From contig CAWEYP010000007.1 in the NCBI GenBank assembly GCA_963813305.1, positions 67,965 through 131,964 of the forward strand: a DNA stretch of 64,000 nt, written 5' to 3'. The first letter of the stretch is position 1. Each line of letters begins with the position of its first letter. The stretch comes from an uncultured Chloroflexia bacterium (GTDB taxonomy: Bacteria; Chloroflexota; Limnocylindria; Limnocylindrales; CSP1-4). The position numbers and the translations under genes are program-made. The notes beneath the pieces were generated by a model. That model ran no database searches, had not been told where the DNA came from, and worked only from the letters and a program-made list of their open reading frames with translations. This document shows positions 51,275-60,745 of the stretch, one piece after another.

Positions 51275-51598
51275 TCAGGTCGCGTCGCCGGCCGCGTACG
51301 CCAGCGCGGCGCCGCGGACGCGCTCCGTCTCACCGCGAACGATGAGGTCCGCCGGGCGCTCCCCGCCCAGGTACGCGCTGGGGGCGGTGAGCCAGGCCCC
51401 GGTCCCGCGCGACGTCATCGAGCTGCCGAGAAGCCCGACGACGATGGCGAGGTCGGCCAGGCGTCCCACGTACGCGCGCCGGCGCGGCTGCGTGCCCGCC
51501 CGCCAGCGCTCGGCCGTCCGCGGCGTTGCGCCCGTGGCTGCCGCGACCGCCCGGGCAGGCAGGGCACGGACGACGTCGGGGGCGCCTGCCGCGGTCAT
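51275..51598 (-). CDS. Xre-like / DUF2384 antitoxin of the RES-Xre pair
   Basis: ATG at 51598 with GAGGAG 6 nt upstream. AAATGATPRTAERWRAGTQ (HTH-like), WLTAPSAYLGGERPADLI (DUF2384 core). Confidence 0.75.
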   Translation of the reverse strand: MTAAGAPDVVRALPARAVAAATGATPRTAERWRAGTQPRRRAYVGRLADLAIVVGLLGSSMTSRGTGAWLTAPSAYLGGERPADLIVRGETERVRGAALAYAAGDAT

Positions 51599-51642
51599 GC
51601 TGCGCTCCTCGCGGTCATCGGTCGTCGCTCCCGGCCAGCCGC

Positions 51643-52968
51643 TCAGCCGAGCCCGCGGCCGCGGAAGGCATTCGCGTGGGCCGGGAAGCCCTCGTGGTCG
51701 GCCAGCGCGGTGGTCGGGCCGGCGAGCTCCGCGAGTGCCTCGGGGGTCAGCCGCGCGATCGAGGTGGTCGTCTGGAAGGTGCGCGCCGTCACGCCACCGT
51801 TGAGCTTGGCGAAGCCGCCGGTGGGGAGCGTGGCCGGGATCCCGATCGAGTAGCTGCTCGCGCCGATCGGGGTGTCCTGCCCGAGGAGGATCTCCCCGGC
51901 GTAGCGGAGGTCGCGCAGGGTCACCTCGGGATCGGCCGTGGCGACCTGCATGTGCTCCGCGGCGTACTCGTTGGCGAAGGCGATCACTTCGGCCATCGTG
52001 TCGAACAGGAGGACGCCGCCGAGGTCGCCGAGGACGGCGGTCGCGTAGGCGCGGCGCGGCTCCGGGAGGGCGGCCACCTGCTCGGCGACGGCCGCTTCCA
52101 GGGCGCCGACCAGCCCGGGAGCGTCGGTGGCGATGAGGGCCGCGGAGTCGGTCCCGTGCTCGGCCTCGTTGACCAGGTCGAGGGCCAGTCGATACGGGTC
52201 GGCCGTCGCGTCGGCCAGGATGAGGCTCTCTGACGGGCCGCAGAGCATGTTCGTGGCGGTGCCGAAGCGCTGCGCCAGCACCTGCGCCGCGGTGACGGCC
52301 GGGCTGCCGGGACCGACGATCTTGCGCACCCGCGGGAAGGTCGCGGTGCCGAACGTGAGGGCCGCGATCCCGGCCGGGCCGTTCGCCCGGAAGACGTTCG
52401 CGAGGCCCAGCTCGTGGGCGACTGCGAGGGTCGCGGGATCCACCGCGTCGGTGCCGGGCATCGGCGGGACGAGGACGGCGATCTCGGGCACGCCCGCGAT
52501 GACCGCCGGGACTCCGACCTGCACGAGGACCGACGGGAAGCTGCCCTTCCCGGCCGGGACGTAGAGGCCGGCCGAGGGGATCGGGGAGACCTGCTCGCCC
52601 AGCTCGAAGCCCGGGCGAACCTCGGCCAGCCAGCCGAGGGCGGTCGCACGGACCTGGGCCGCGTTGAAGAGGCGGCTGTTGTGGATCGCCTCGCGGATGC
52701 CGGCAAGGAGCGCCGGATCGCACCGGGCGTGGGCGGCCTCGAGCTCGTCCGGCCGGACGCGGAGGTCCTCGGTGGCGAAGCGGACGCCGTCGAAGCGCTC
52801 GGTGGCGTCGAGGACGGCGGCGTCGCCGCGGTCGCGGACGTCCTCGAAGAGCGCCTCGATCGAGCGCTGCAGGCCGGGCTCGAAGACCGCGGCGGTGGAG
52901 CGGGCGAGGAGGCGACCCTGCTCGGCCGCGTCGAGGTCGGCCCAGCGGCGGACGGCGAGGATCCCCAT
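51643..52968 (-). CDS. Histidinol dehydrogenase-family (HisD-like) paralogue
   Basis: Intact 441 codons from ATG 52968. GPSESLILAD, NEAEHGTDS, EYAAEHMQV. It deviates from HisD consensus at SSYSIG and IPATLPT. Confidence 0.8.
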   Translation of the reverse strand: MGILAVRRWADLDAAEQGRLLARSTAAVFEPGLQRSIEALFEDVRDRGDAAVLDATERFDGVRFATEDLRVRPDELEAAHARCDPALLAGIREAIHNSRLFNAAQVRATALGWLAEVRPGFELGEQVSPIPSAGLYVPAGKGSFPSVLVQVGVPAVIAGVPEIAVLVPPMPGTDAVDPATLAVAHELGLANVFRANGPAGIAALTFGTATFPRVRKIVGPGSPAVTAAQVLAQRFGTATNMLCGPSESLILADATADPYRLALDLVNEAEHGTDSAALIATDAPGLVGALEAAVAEQVAALPEPRRAYATAVLGDLGGVLLFDTMAEVIAFANEYAAEHMQVATADPEVTLRDLRYAGEILLGQDTPIGASSYSIGIPATLPTGGFAKLNGGVTARTFQTTTSIARLTPEALAELAGPTTALADHEGFPAHANAFRGRGLG

Positions 52969-53057
52969 GGCTCGACGAGCGTAGCGGATCGGCCGGAACG
53001 ACTTATCGGTCTGGACGACCCTTGTGCCGCCCGGGGGAGGACGCCGACAATCGGGCG

Positions 53058-53690
53058 ATGGGCGTTCGGGACCGCCTGGTCGCCGCCGCGGGATTGGCCG
53101 TCGTGCTCCTGCTGGGGGGCACGGGGATCGCGGCCGCATGCACCACGGTCGAGGGCCAGCTCCCCGACCCGGTGCCCCGCTTCAGGCTCGTCTTCGAGGG
53201 TCGCGTCGTCAGCGTCGTGCACGGCACGGAGGCGCCGTACCCGGAGACGCTGGTCATCCAGGTCACGCGGGTGGTCCACGGCTCACTCGAGCCCGGCCCG
53301 CACCGCTTCCCCGTCAGCGACGGGTGTCGGGCCATCCAGGTCGCTCCCGGCGATCGCGTTCTGTGGGCGCTCACCCAGCCACCCGATCTCACCACGTGGA
53401 ACACCGCCGCCTGGCGGCTCGAGCCGGACGGCCACAGAACGACGCTCCTCACCTACTGGCGCGAGTGGTATCCATTCCCGGAGCGGATGTCGCGCGTGGC
53501 GCTCGCCCGGTTCGTGACGGCGTACGCGTCCCCGCCGGCCACGTCCGCGACCACCGCAGCGCACTCGCCGGCGCCGGCTGCCGATCCCGGCACAATCCCG
53601 GTCCTGGCGGCCGGTGCCGCCGCCGGCTTCCTGTGGCTCGTGCGCTCCCGGCCGGCCGCGGCACGCTCGCGCACGCGTGGAGCGCGGTGA
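53058..53690 (+). CDS. Signal-peptide protein with a C-terminal TM anchor (paralogue of the next gene)
   Basis: LVAAAGLAVVLLLGGTGIAAAC..FRLVFEGRVVSVVHG..; C-terminal IPVLAAGAAAGFLWLVRSR. Confidence 0.5.
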   Translation: MGVRDRLVAAAGLAVVLLLGGTGIAAACTTVEGQLPDPVPRFRLVFEGRVVSVVHGTEAPYPETLVIQVTRVVHGSLEPGPHRFPVSDGCRAIQVAPGDRVLWALTQPPDLTTWNTAAWRLEPDGHRTTLLTYWREWYPFPERMSRVALARFVTAYASPPATSATTAAHSPAPAADPGTIPVLAAGAAAGFLWLVRSRPAAARSRTRGAR

Positions 53691-54301
53691 AGAGCGCGGT
53701 CCGACGGCTCAGGCTTCGCCCTCCGGCCATCTGGCTGGGCGCCGCTCTCGCCGCGACGGTGCTCGCCCTTGGCCGCCCGTTGCCCTGTGTGGCGTGCTCC
53801 TGCGCTGCCCCGGCGTCGCTCGCCGAGGCCGTCGTGCGGTCGCCGGACCTGGCGGTCTTCGTCGGCAAGGTCGTCGCCCTGGAGGGCGACGCGACGACCG
53901 GTGGTGGTGTGGCGACGGTCGCGGTCGACGGGCGCTTTCGCGGCCCCATCCTCCCGCCAACCATCAGGGCGCGCTATGGCGGAGGCGGGGACTGCACGAT
54001 CGGGATGGCCCTGCACGAGCGCCGCCTCTTCACTGCCCGGCTCGACGAGGGGGGCGTCTGGTTCCCGGCGCTGTGTGAGCCGCAGGGCGTGCTCGGCACA
54101 CCGGACGGCGATGCGCTGCTGGCGGAGGCGTTGTCCGCCTTCGGTCCGCCACTGCCGGTGAGCGGACTCCCGATCGTGGACTCGAGCGGCCCCGATTCCC
54201 TCGCGCTCGCCGGCGCGGGCCTCATCGTCGCCCTCCTCGGCATCGGGCTGTTCGGCGGGGTCGCTTTCGTCGCCCGGCGACGGCGGGCCGGCGTGCGGTA
54301 G
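53687..54301 (+). CDS. TIMP/NTR-like (CxC N-terminus) protein with a C-terminal TM anchor
   Basis: GTG overlaps the upstream TGA (GTGA). After the signal peptide comes [34 protein letters not shown], then [22 protein letters not shown]. Confidence 0.55.
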   Translation: MKSAVRRLRLRPPAIWLGAALAATVLALGRPLPCVACSCAAPASLAEAVVRSPDLAVFVGKVVALEGDATTGGGVATVAVDGRFRGPILPPTIRARYGGGGDCTIGMALHERRLFTARLDEGGVWFPALCEPQGVLGTPDGDALLAEALSAFGPPLPVSGLPIVDSSGPDSLALAGAGLIVALLGIGLFGGVAFVARRRRAGVR

Positions 54302-54353
54302 CCGGGGCGGATTCACCCTGTACGCGGCCCGCAGGCCGCGCGACACTCTGCGC

Positions 54354-56056
54354 ATGACGACCTCGCCCGGCGCGCACGACGCCCCGCCCCTCCCCGGCGC
54401 CCGCCCCGTCCGTGCCCCGCGCGGCACGGAGATCTCCTGCCGCGGCTGGCAGCAGGAGGCGGTCCTCCGGATGCTCATGAACAACCTCGACCCGGAGGTC
54501 GCGGAGAACCCCGATGCCCTCGTCGTGTACGGCGGGACCGGTCGCGCCGCGCGGAGCTGGGAGGCCTTCGACGTCATCGTCCGGGAGCTCCGCGCCCTCG
54601 CCGACGACGAGACGCTCCTGGTCCAGTCGGGCAAGCCGGTCGGCGTCTTCCGGACGAACCCGTGGGCGCCGCGCGTGCTGATCGCCAACTCGAACCTCGT
54701 CGGGAAGTGGGCCACCTGGGAGCACTTCCGGGAGCTCGAGCGGGCCGGCCTGATGATGTACGGCCAGATGACGGCGGGCTCCTGGATCTACATCGGGACG
54801 CAGGGGATCCTGCAGGGCACGTTCGAGACGTTCGCCGAGCTGGCTCGCCAGCACTTCGGCGGGACCCTGCGGGGCCGGGTCGTCCTGACGGCCGGCCTGG
54901 GCGGGATGGGCGGCGCCCAGCCGCTCTCGGTGACGATGAACGACGGCGTGGTCATCGCCATCGAGGTCGACGAGGCGCGGGCACGGCGGCGCCACGAGAT
55001 CGGCTACGTCGACCGGCTGACGGATTCGCCGGACGCGGCGCTCGCGATGGCGCGCCTGGCTGCCGCCCACGGCGAGCCGCTGTCGATCGCCCTCGTCGGC
55101 AATGCCGCGGAGATCGAGCCGGCATGGGCGAAGAAGGGCGAGCGCTTCGACGCCGTCACCGACCAGACCTCGGCCCACGATGCGCTCGGCGGCTACGTGC
55201 CCGCGGAGATGACGCTTGCCGACGCCCTCATCCTGCGCCGGACCCAGCCCGAGGTCTACGAGCGCCGGGCCCTCGAGGCGATGGCGGCCCACGTGCGGGC
55301 GATGCTCGCCTTCGGGGACCGCGGAGCCGTCGTCTTCGACTACGGCAACAACCTCCGGGCGCAGGCGGCCCGGGGCGGCGTCGAGAACGCCTTCGACTTC
55401 GCCGGCTTCGTGCCACTCTTCATCCGGCCCCAGTTCTGCGAGGGCCGCGGGCCGTTCCGCTGGGTGGCGCTCTCGGGCGACCCGGCCGACATCCTGCGCA
55501 CGGACGCGGAGATCCTGCGCCTCTTCCCGGACGACGCCGGCCTGCGGCGCTGGATCGAGATGGCCCAGGCAAAGGTGCCCTTCCAGGGGCTCCCCGCGCG
55601 GATTTGCTGGCTGGGCTACGGCGAGCGAGCCAGGGCGGGGCTGGCGTTCAACGAGCTCGTGCGGTCGGGGGCGGTGAGCGCCCCGATCGTGATCGGGCGC
55701 GACCACCTGGACTCGGGCTCGGTGGCCTCGCCGAACCGCGAGACCGAGGCGATGGCCGACGGCACCGACGCGGTCGCCGACTGGCCGCTCCTCAACGCGC
55801 TGGTCAACACGGCCGCCGGGCGCGACGTGGGTGAGCGATCCACCACGGCGGCGGGGTGGGGATCGGGTACAGCCAGCACGCCGGGATGGTCGTCGTGGCC
55901 GACGGCACGGACCTGGCCGCGCAGAAGCTGGAGCGGGTTCTCACCTCCGACCCGGGGATGGGCGTGATCCGCCACGCCGACGCCGGCTACGACCACGCCC
56001 TGGAGATCGCCCGCGAGCGGGGCGTCCGGGTCCCGATGCGGGACGGGGGCGGCTAA
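54354..56056 (+). CDS. hutU: Urocanate hydratase; two frame breaks (near 55821 and 55837)
   Basis: [65 protein letters not shown].. | ATWVS | [24 protein letters not shown]. Confidence 0.95.
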
Positions 56057-56080
56057 CCGTCTCGGCTGCCGGCGTGGAGC

Positions 56081-57409
56081 TCACGGAGCGGCCGGCACGT
56101 CGTTCGGCCGGGCGGCGGCGGACGGCTCGTCCTCCACGGGAGCCGGCATCTCCCGGATGCCGCGCACGGGGCTGAAGAGGACCGGCAGGACCGCGGCCAT
56201 CTCGCCCAGTGCGCCGATCAGGATGGCCTCCCGCACGCCGAGCACCGTCCCCAGCACTCCGCCGAGCACGCCCCCGATCGGGATCGTGCCCCAGACGAAC
56301 CAGCGCATGGTGGCGTTCATCCGGCCCTGCATCCGGGCCGGCGTGATGGCCTGGCGCAGGCTGACCTGGGCGACGTTGTAGACGACCGCCGCGACGCCGC
56401 CGACGAACACGAACAGGGCGATCAGGGCGACCAGGACCGGCGTCGACGTCCCGGCGGGGGCGAGCGCCAGCGGAAGGAGCGCCGGGCCCGAGATCCCCGC
56501 GAAGACGATGATCGTGCGGCCGACGCCCAGCCGGGCGGAGACACGGTTGGACACCAGCGCGCCGAGGAGCGCGCCCGTCGCCCCGATCGAGAAGGCGAGG
56601 CCGATCGCCGCCGCCGTCATGCCCAGCTCGCGGACGGCGAAGACGAGGAGCACCGCGCCGGCCACGTTCCCGAACAGGTTCGCGGTCGCGGTGCAGGCCG
56701 CGATGTTCTTCAGGTAGGCGTGGCCCAGCACGTAGCGCAGGCCTTCCGCCATCTCGCGACGCATCCCGGGCTTCGGCAGCCCCTCCTCGTTATGGGTCTC
56801 CGGCGCGGGCTCCGGCCGCCGGATCAGGAACAGGAAGAGCGCCGAGGCGAGGAACGACATGGCATCGACCACGACCGCCAGGGGCGCCCGCAGGAGGCCG
56901 ATCAGGATGCCGGCAAGTCCCGGGCCCACGACCTGCGCGCCCGCCCGGCTGATCTCCAGCTTTGCGTTGCCCTCCTGGAGCTGGTCGCGCGCCACCAGCG
57001 ATGGCAGGTAGCTCTGGTAGGCGACATCGAAGAAGACCGTCAGCACGCCCACGACGAAGCCGACGACGTACAGCTGGACGATCGTCAGGGCGCCCGCCAC
57101 GAAGGCGACCGGGATCGTCGTCAGGGCAATCGCCCGGCCCAGGTCGCCGACGATCATCACCGGCCGGCGCCGCAGCCGGTCCACCCAGACCCCCGCCGGA
57201 AGCCCGATCAGCAGGAACGGCAGGAAGTCGATGACGCCGAGAAGGGCGACCTCGAACGTGGTCGCCCGGAGGATGTCGATCGCGACGAACGGGATGGCCA
57301 GGGCGCTGACCTGGGTCCCGAGCTGGCTGATCGTCTCGCCCGTCCACAGGCGAACGAAGTCGGGGTGGCGCAGCAGGCTCGGGGCCGCGGGCGACGGAGG
57401 CGCGAACAT
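56081..57409 (-). CDS. MFS (MFS_3/EntS-like) transporter
   Basis: Intact 442 codons from ATG 57409. FVRLWTGETISQLGTQVSALAIPFVAI, 12 predicted helices. Confidence 0.85.
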   Translation of the reverse strand: MFAPPSPAAPSLLRHPDFVRLWTGETISQLGTQVSALAIPFVAIDILRATTFEVALLGVIDFLPFLLIGLPAGVWVDRLRRRPVMIVGDLGRAIALTTIPVAFVAGALTIVQLYVVGFVVGVLTVFFDVAYQSYLPSLVARDQLQEGNAKLEISRAGAQVVGPGLAGILIGLLRAPLAVVVDAMSFLASALFLFLIRRPEPAPETHNEEGLPKPGMRREMAEGLRYVLGHAYLKNIAACTATANLFGNVAGAVLLVFAVRELGMTAAAIGLAFSIGATGALLGALVSNRVSARLGVGRTIIVFAGISGPALLPLALAPAGTSTPVLVALIALFVFVGGVAAVVYNVAQVSLRQAITPARMQGRMNATMRWFVWGTIPIGGVLGGVLGTVLGVREAILIGALGEMAAVLPVLFSPVRGIREMPAPVEDEPSAAARPNDVPAAP

Positions 57410-57481
57410 CGGTCGGCACGATAGACGATCGGGCGCTCGCCGCGGTCCCGGCCACGCTGACGGGTGTGCCACGATTACTGC

Positions 57482-58441
57482 ATGGCGCTCGTCGAGTCCG
57501 TGCCCAACGTCTCCGAGGGTCGTCGCCTCGAGGTGGTCGACCGCCTGGCCGCGGCGCTCGAGTCGGCGCCCGGCGCCCACCTCCTGGATCGGACCAGCGA
57601 TCCGTCCCACAACCGGAGCGTCTTCACGCTGGCCGGGGAGGCGGCCGCGGTTGCCGACGCGCTGGAGCGCCTGGTGGCCGTCGCGCTCCGCGAGATCGAC
57701 ATGGAGGAGCAGTCCGGCGAGCACCCCCGGATCGGGGCGGTCGACGTCATCCCCTTCGTCCCACTGGGTGACACGACGCTCGACGAGTGCATCGGCCTCG
57801 CCCGCGACTTCGGGCGCCGGATCGCGACCCGCTTCGACCTGCCGGTCTACCTGTACGCGTCCGCCGCCACGCGGCCGGATCGGGTGAAGCTGGCCGACCT
57901 TCGCCGCGGGCAGTACGAGGGCCTTCGCACGGAGATCGCCACCCGCGGCCGCGAGCCCGACTTCGGCCCCGCGCGCACCCATCCCCGGGGCGGTGCCACC
58001 TGCGTCGGCGCCCGCCCCTTCCTCATCGCCTGGAACGTCAACCTGGCCTCGGACGACCTGGATCTGGCGCGCCGGATCGCCCACAGGATCCGCGAATCCT
58101 CGGGCGGCCTGCCGTCCGTCCAGGCCAAGGCCTTCTTCATCGATGAGCTCGGGTGCGCCCAGGTGTCGATGAACCTGCTCGACTTCGCCCGCACCCCCCT
58201 GTGGGCCGCCTGGGAGATGATCCGCGCCGAGGCGGCCGAGGACGGCGTGGAGCTCGCGGAATCCGAGCTGATCGGGCTGGCGCCCCTGGCCGCCTTCGGG
58301 GCCGTCGCGGACCGGGCCGGCGCCCCACGCGACTCGCCGGCCGAGGAGCGGGTCCTCGCGGCGGGACGCTTCCTGAAGCTGCGCGACGCGTCGCCCCTCA
58401 TGGCCCTCGAGCTGCGGCTCGCCCGCGCGGCGGGCGGCTGA
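57482..58441 (+). CDS. Glutamate formimidoyltransferase (FtcD N-domain type)
   Basis: MALVESVPNVSEGRR..DPSHNRSVFTLAG..HPRIGAVDVIPFVP..GARPFLIAWNVNL. Confidence 0.9.
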   Translation: MALVESVPNVSEGRRLEVVDRLAAALESAPGAHLLDRTSDPSHNRSVFTLAGEAAAVADALERLVAVALREIDMEEQSGEHPRIGAVDVIPFVPLGDTTLDECIGLARDFGRRIATRFDLPVYLYASAATRPDRVKLADLRRGQYEGLRTEIATRGREPDFGPARTHPRGGATCVGARPFLIAWNVNLASDDLDLARRIAHRIRESSGGLPSVQAKAFFIDELGCAQVSMNLLDFARTPLWAAWEMIRAEAAEDGVELAESELIGLAPLAAFGAVADRAGAPRDSPAEERVLAAGRFLKLRDASPLMALELRLARAAGG

Positions 58442-59871
58442 TGCCGGATCCCGCGCGCGGGCTCCTCGTCGTCGGGGCCGCAGAGGTCGCGACGCTGGCC
58501 GGCGGGCCGCGCCGGGGGCAGGACCAGGCCGACCCGGCGATCGCGCCTCCGGACACCACCGTCGCCTGCCTCGGTGGACGGATCGTGGCGGTGGCCCCGG
58601 CGAACGAGGCCGAGGACGCCCTGGCCGCGGCACTGGTCGCCGCGGGACGCGATCCTGGAGCCTTCGACCGGCTCGACATCGCCGGCGCGACCCTCACCCC
58701 TGGTCTCGTCGACGCGCACACGCACCTCCTCTTCGCCGGCTCGCGTGAGGACGAGGTGGCGATGCGCGCCCGTGGCGCGACATACCTCGAGATCCTCGCG
58801 GCCGGTGGCGGGATCCTGTCCACGGTGCGCGCGACGCGAGCGGCCTCCGACGCGGCGCTGCTGGCCCACGGGCGGCGCTGGCTCGGGCAGATGCTGCGAA
58901 CGGGAACGACCACCGTCGAGGCCAAGTCGGGCTATGGCCTCGATGCCCCGACGGAGCTGCGGCTCCTGGCGGTCGCGGGCCGGTTGGCGGCCGAGGGGCC
59001 CGTCGACGTGATCCCGACATTCCTGGGCGCCCACGCGGTCCCGCCGGAGGTGCGCGAGGCGCACGCAGGTGACATCGCCGCCGCGACCGACGCCTACGTG
59101 GCGGCCGTCATCGGGGAGCAGCTGCCGGCCGTCGCCTCCCAGGGGATCGCGCGCTCCTGCGACGTCTTCTGCGAGATGGGCGTCTTCACGGCGGACCAGG
59201 CGCGCCGGATCCTGCTGGCCGCCCGTGCGCTCGGGCTCGATGCCCGCCTCCACGCCGACGAGCTGGCGCCGTCCGGCGGCGCGGAGCTGGCCGCGGAGCT
59301 GGGGGCCCTGTCCGCCGACCACCTCGGGGCACCGTCTGCCGATGGGATCCGGGCCCTGGCCTCCGCGGCGGAGCGCCCGCGCCCGGTCGTCGCGGTGCTC
59401 CTGCCGACCGTGCCCTGGTTCCTCGGGCTCTCCGCTCGCGAGCCGGCCCGCGAGCTGATCGAGGCGGGGATCCCGGTCGCCCTCGCGACGGACTTCAATC
59501 CCGGGACGTCGCCGGTCACCAGCCTGCCGCTCGTGATGACGGCCGCGGTGCTGACGCTCGGCCTGGACCCGGCCGAAGCGCTCGTCGCGACCACGGTCAA
59601 CGCGGCCGCGGCGCTCGGCCTGGAGGACCGCGGCGCGCTGGTCCCCGGCCTGCGCGCGGACCTGGTCGCCTGGGACGTCCCGACCCACGCCCAGATCCCG
59701 TACTGGGCGGGCGCGGACCTCGTCCGGGCGGTTGTCGCCGCGGGCGGGTCGTGGCCGGCAGCTGCGGCGCCGGCCACCGACGAGGCGGGTCGTCGCCGTC
59801 GCCGGCTCAGACCTTGCCGCGCGACTCCAGGAGGACGGTCGTCGTCTCTTCGGGCAGGCCGCTCGAGGTGA
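58441..59871 (+). CDS. hutI: Imidazolonepropionase; the C-terminal tail beyond about 59750 is doubtful (it overlaps a convergent gene)
   Basis: ATG at 58441 shares one base with the upstream TGA. LTPGLVDAHTHLLFAG, TTVEAKSGYGL, LHADEL, ATDFNPGTSP. Confidence 0.9.
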   Translation: MPDPARGLLVVGAAEVATLAGGPRRGQDQADPAIAPPDTTVACLGGRIVAVAPANEAEDALAAALVAAGRDPGAFDRLDIAGATLTPGLVDAHTHLLFAGSREDEVAMRARGATYLEILAAGGGILSTVRATRAASDAALLAHGRRWLGQMLRTGTTTVEAKSGYGLDAPTELRLLAVAGRLAAEGPVDVIPTFLGAHAVPPEVREAHAGDIAAATDAYVAAVIGEQLPAVASQGIARSCDVFCEMGVFTADQARRILLAARALGLDARLHADELAPSGGAELAAELGALSADHLGAPSADGIRALASAAERPRPVVAVLLPTVPWFLGLSAREPARELIEAGIPVALATDFNPGTSPVTSLPLVMTAAVLTLGLDPAEALVATTVNAAAALGLEDRGALVPGLRADLVAWDVPTHAQIPYWAGADLVRAVVAAGGSWPAAAAPATDEAGRRRRRLRPCRATPGGRSSSLRAGRSR

Positions 59872-60481
59872 TCGACAGCCGCGGCTGCGGCTCGCCGGCC
59901 GTCGTCCCCATCTCGTGGAGGAACCTGGCGAGGATCGGCTCGCAGGCCTCGTCGGTGTCGCAGACCGGCATGGGCACCACGATGCGCGGATCGAGCTGGG
60001 CGACGAGCTCGGCTGCCTTCGTCGGGGAGAGCTGGCCGCCGATCGGCACGCAGGCTACGTCGACCGAACCGATCTCGCCGAGCTTCTCCTCCGTCAGGGT
60101 GTGGGCGATGTCGCCCAGGTGCACGACGTGGACGCCGTCGACCTCGACGACGAAGGCGACGTTGCGGCCCCGCTCGGCCCCGCGCTTGTCGTCACGGAAG
60201 GTGCGGACCCCGTTGACGAGGATGTGCTTGACCTCGTACTCGCCGGGGCCGTCGAGGACGAACGCGTCCTCCAGGCTCGAGGGAAGGTGGGTCGTGCCGT
60301 CGCGGGTCGTGCGGCCCTTTGCCCTGGGCAACGGCGTGTCGTCGGGGTGGCTGAAGGTGACGATGTCGCCGGTGATCCCGCGCCCGGTCGGCCCGACGAC
60401 CGCCTGGTACGCATCCGCGACGACGACGGCGTCCCGTCCCTTGAGGCGGATGCAGGTGCGCCCATACCACGTGAGTTCCAT
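59807..60481 (-). CDS. MBL-fold metal-dependent hydrolase (UPF0173-like)
   Basis: ATG at 60481. MELTWYGRTCIRLKGRDAVVVAD..VVHLGDIAHTL..VACVPIGG. Confidence 0.7.
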   Translation of the reverse strand: MELTWYGRTCIRLKGRDAVVVADAYQAVVGPTGRGITGDIVTFSHPDDTPLPRAKGRTTRDGTTHLPSSLEDAFVLDGPGEYEVKHILVNGVRTFRDDKRGAERGRNVAFVVEVDGVHVVHLGDIAHTLTEEKLGEIGSVDVACVPIGGQLSPTKAAELVAQLDPRIVVPMPVCDTDEACEPILARFLHEMGTTAGEPQPRLSITSSGLPEETTTVLLESRGKV

Positions 60482-60604
60482 GCCGGGATTCTGCCATGCG
60501 CGGCTGCACGCGGCCTGCACTCCGCCGCGCCCCTGCCCCGGGCATCCGGCCGCGCCCTGCGCGACCGCGCCTCCGCGTGGCGCTGTCCGTCGCGTTCCGG
60601 CACA

Positions 60605-60745
60605 ACGAAAAGACCGGAGGCGCCTGCCCATCGGCGCCTCCGGTCGAGGGAGGGAGGGCGGATCTGTGGGAGTCGGAGGGATCGACTCGGTCCCGCAGGT
60701 CCATGGCGAAGCCTAGGAGCCGCAGGTTCAGGCACAAGGCGCAGG
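60605..60745 (-). ncRNA. Candidate structured small RNA or 5' leader with C-rich loops (6C-like?)
   Basis: Minus strand: a TAACCT -10-like hexamer (60752-60747), hairpin GAGUCG-AUCCCUC-CGACUC, a single-stranded CCGCCCUCCCUCCCUC stretch, then the terminator. No ORF. Confidence 0.3.
60612..60645 (-). terminator. Strong intrinsic terminator (minus strand)
   Basis: Perfect 13-bp stem GACCGGAGGCGCC / GGCGCCTCCGGTC with an 8-nt loop, followed on the minus strand by TTTTCGTTGTG. Confidence 0.6.
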
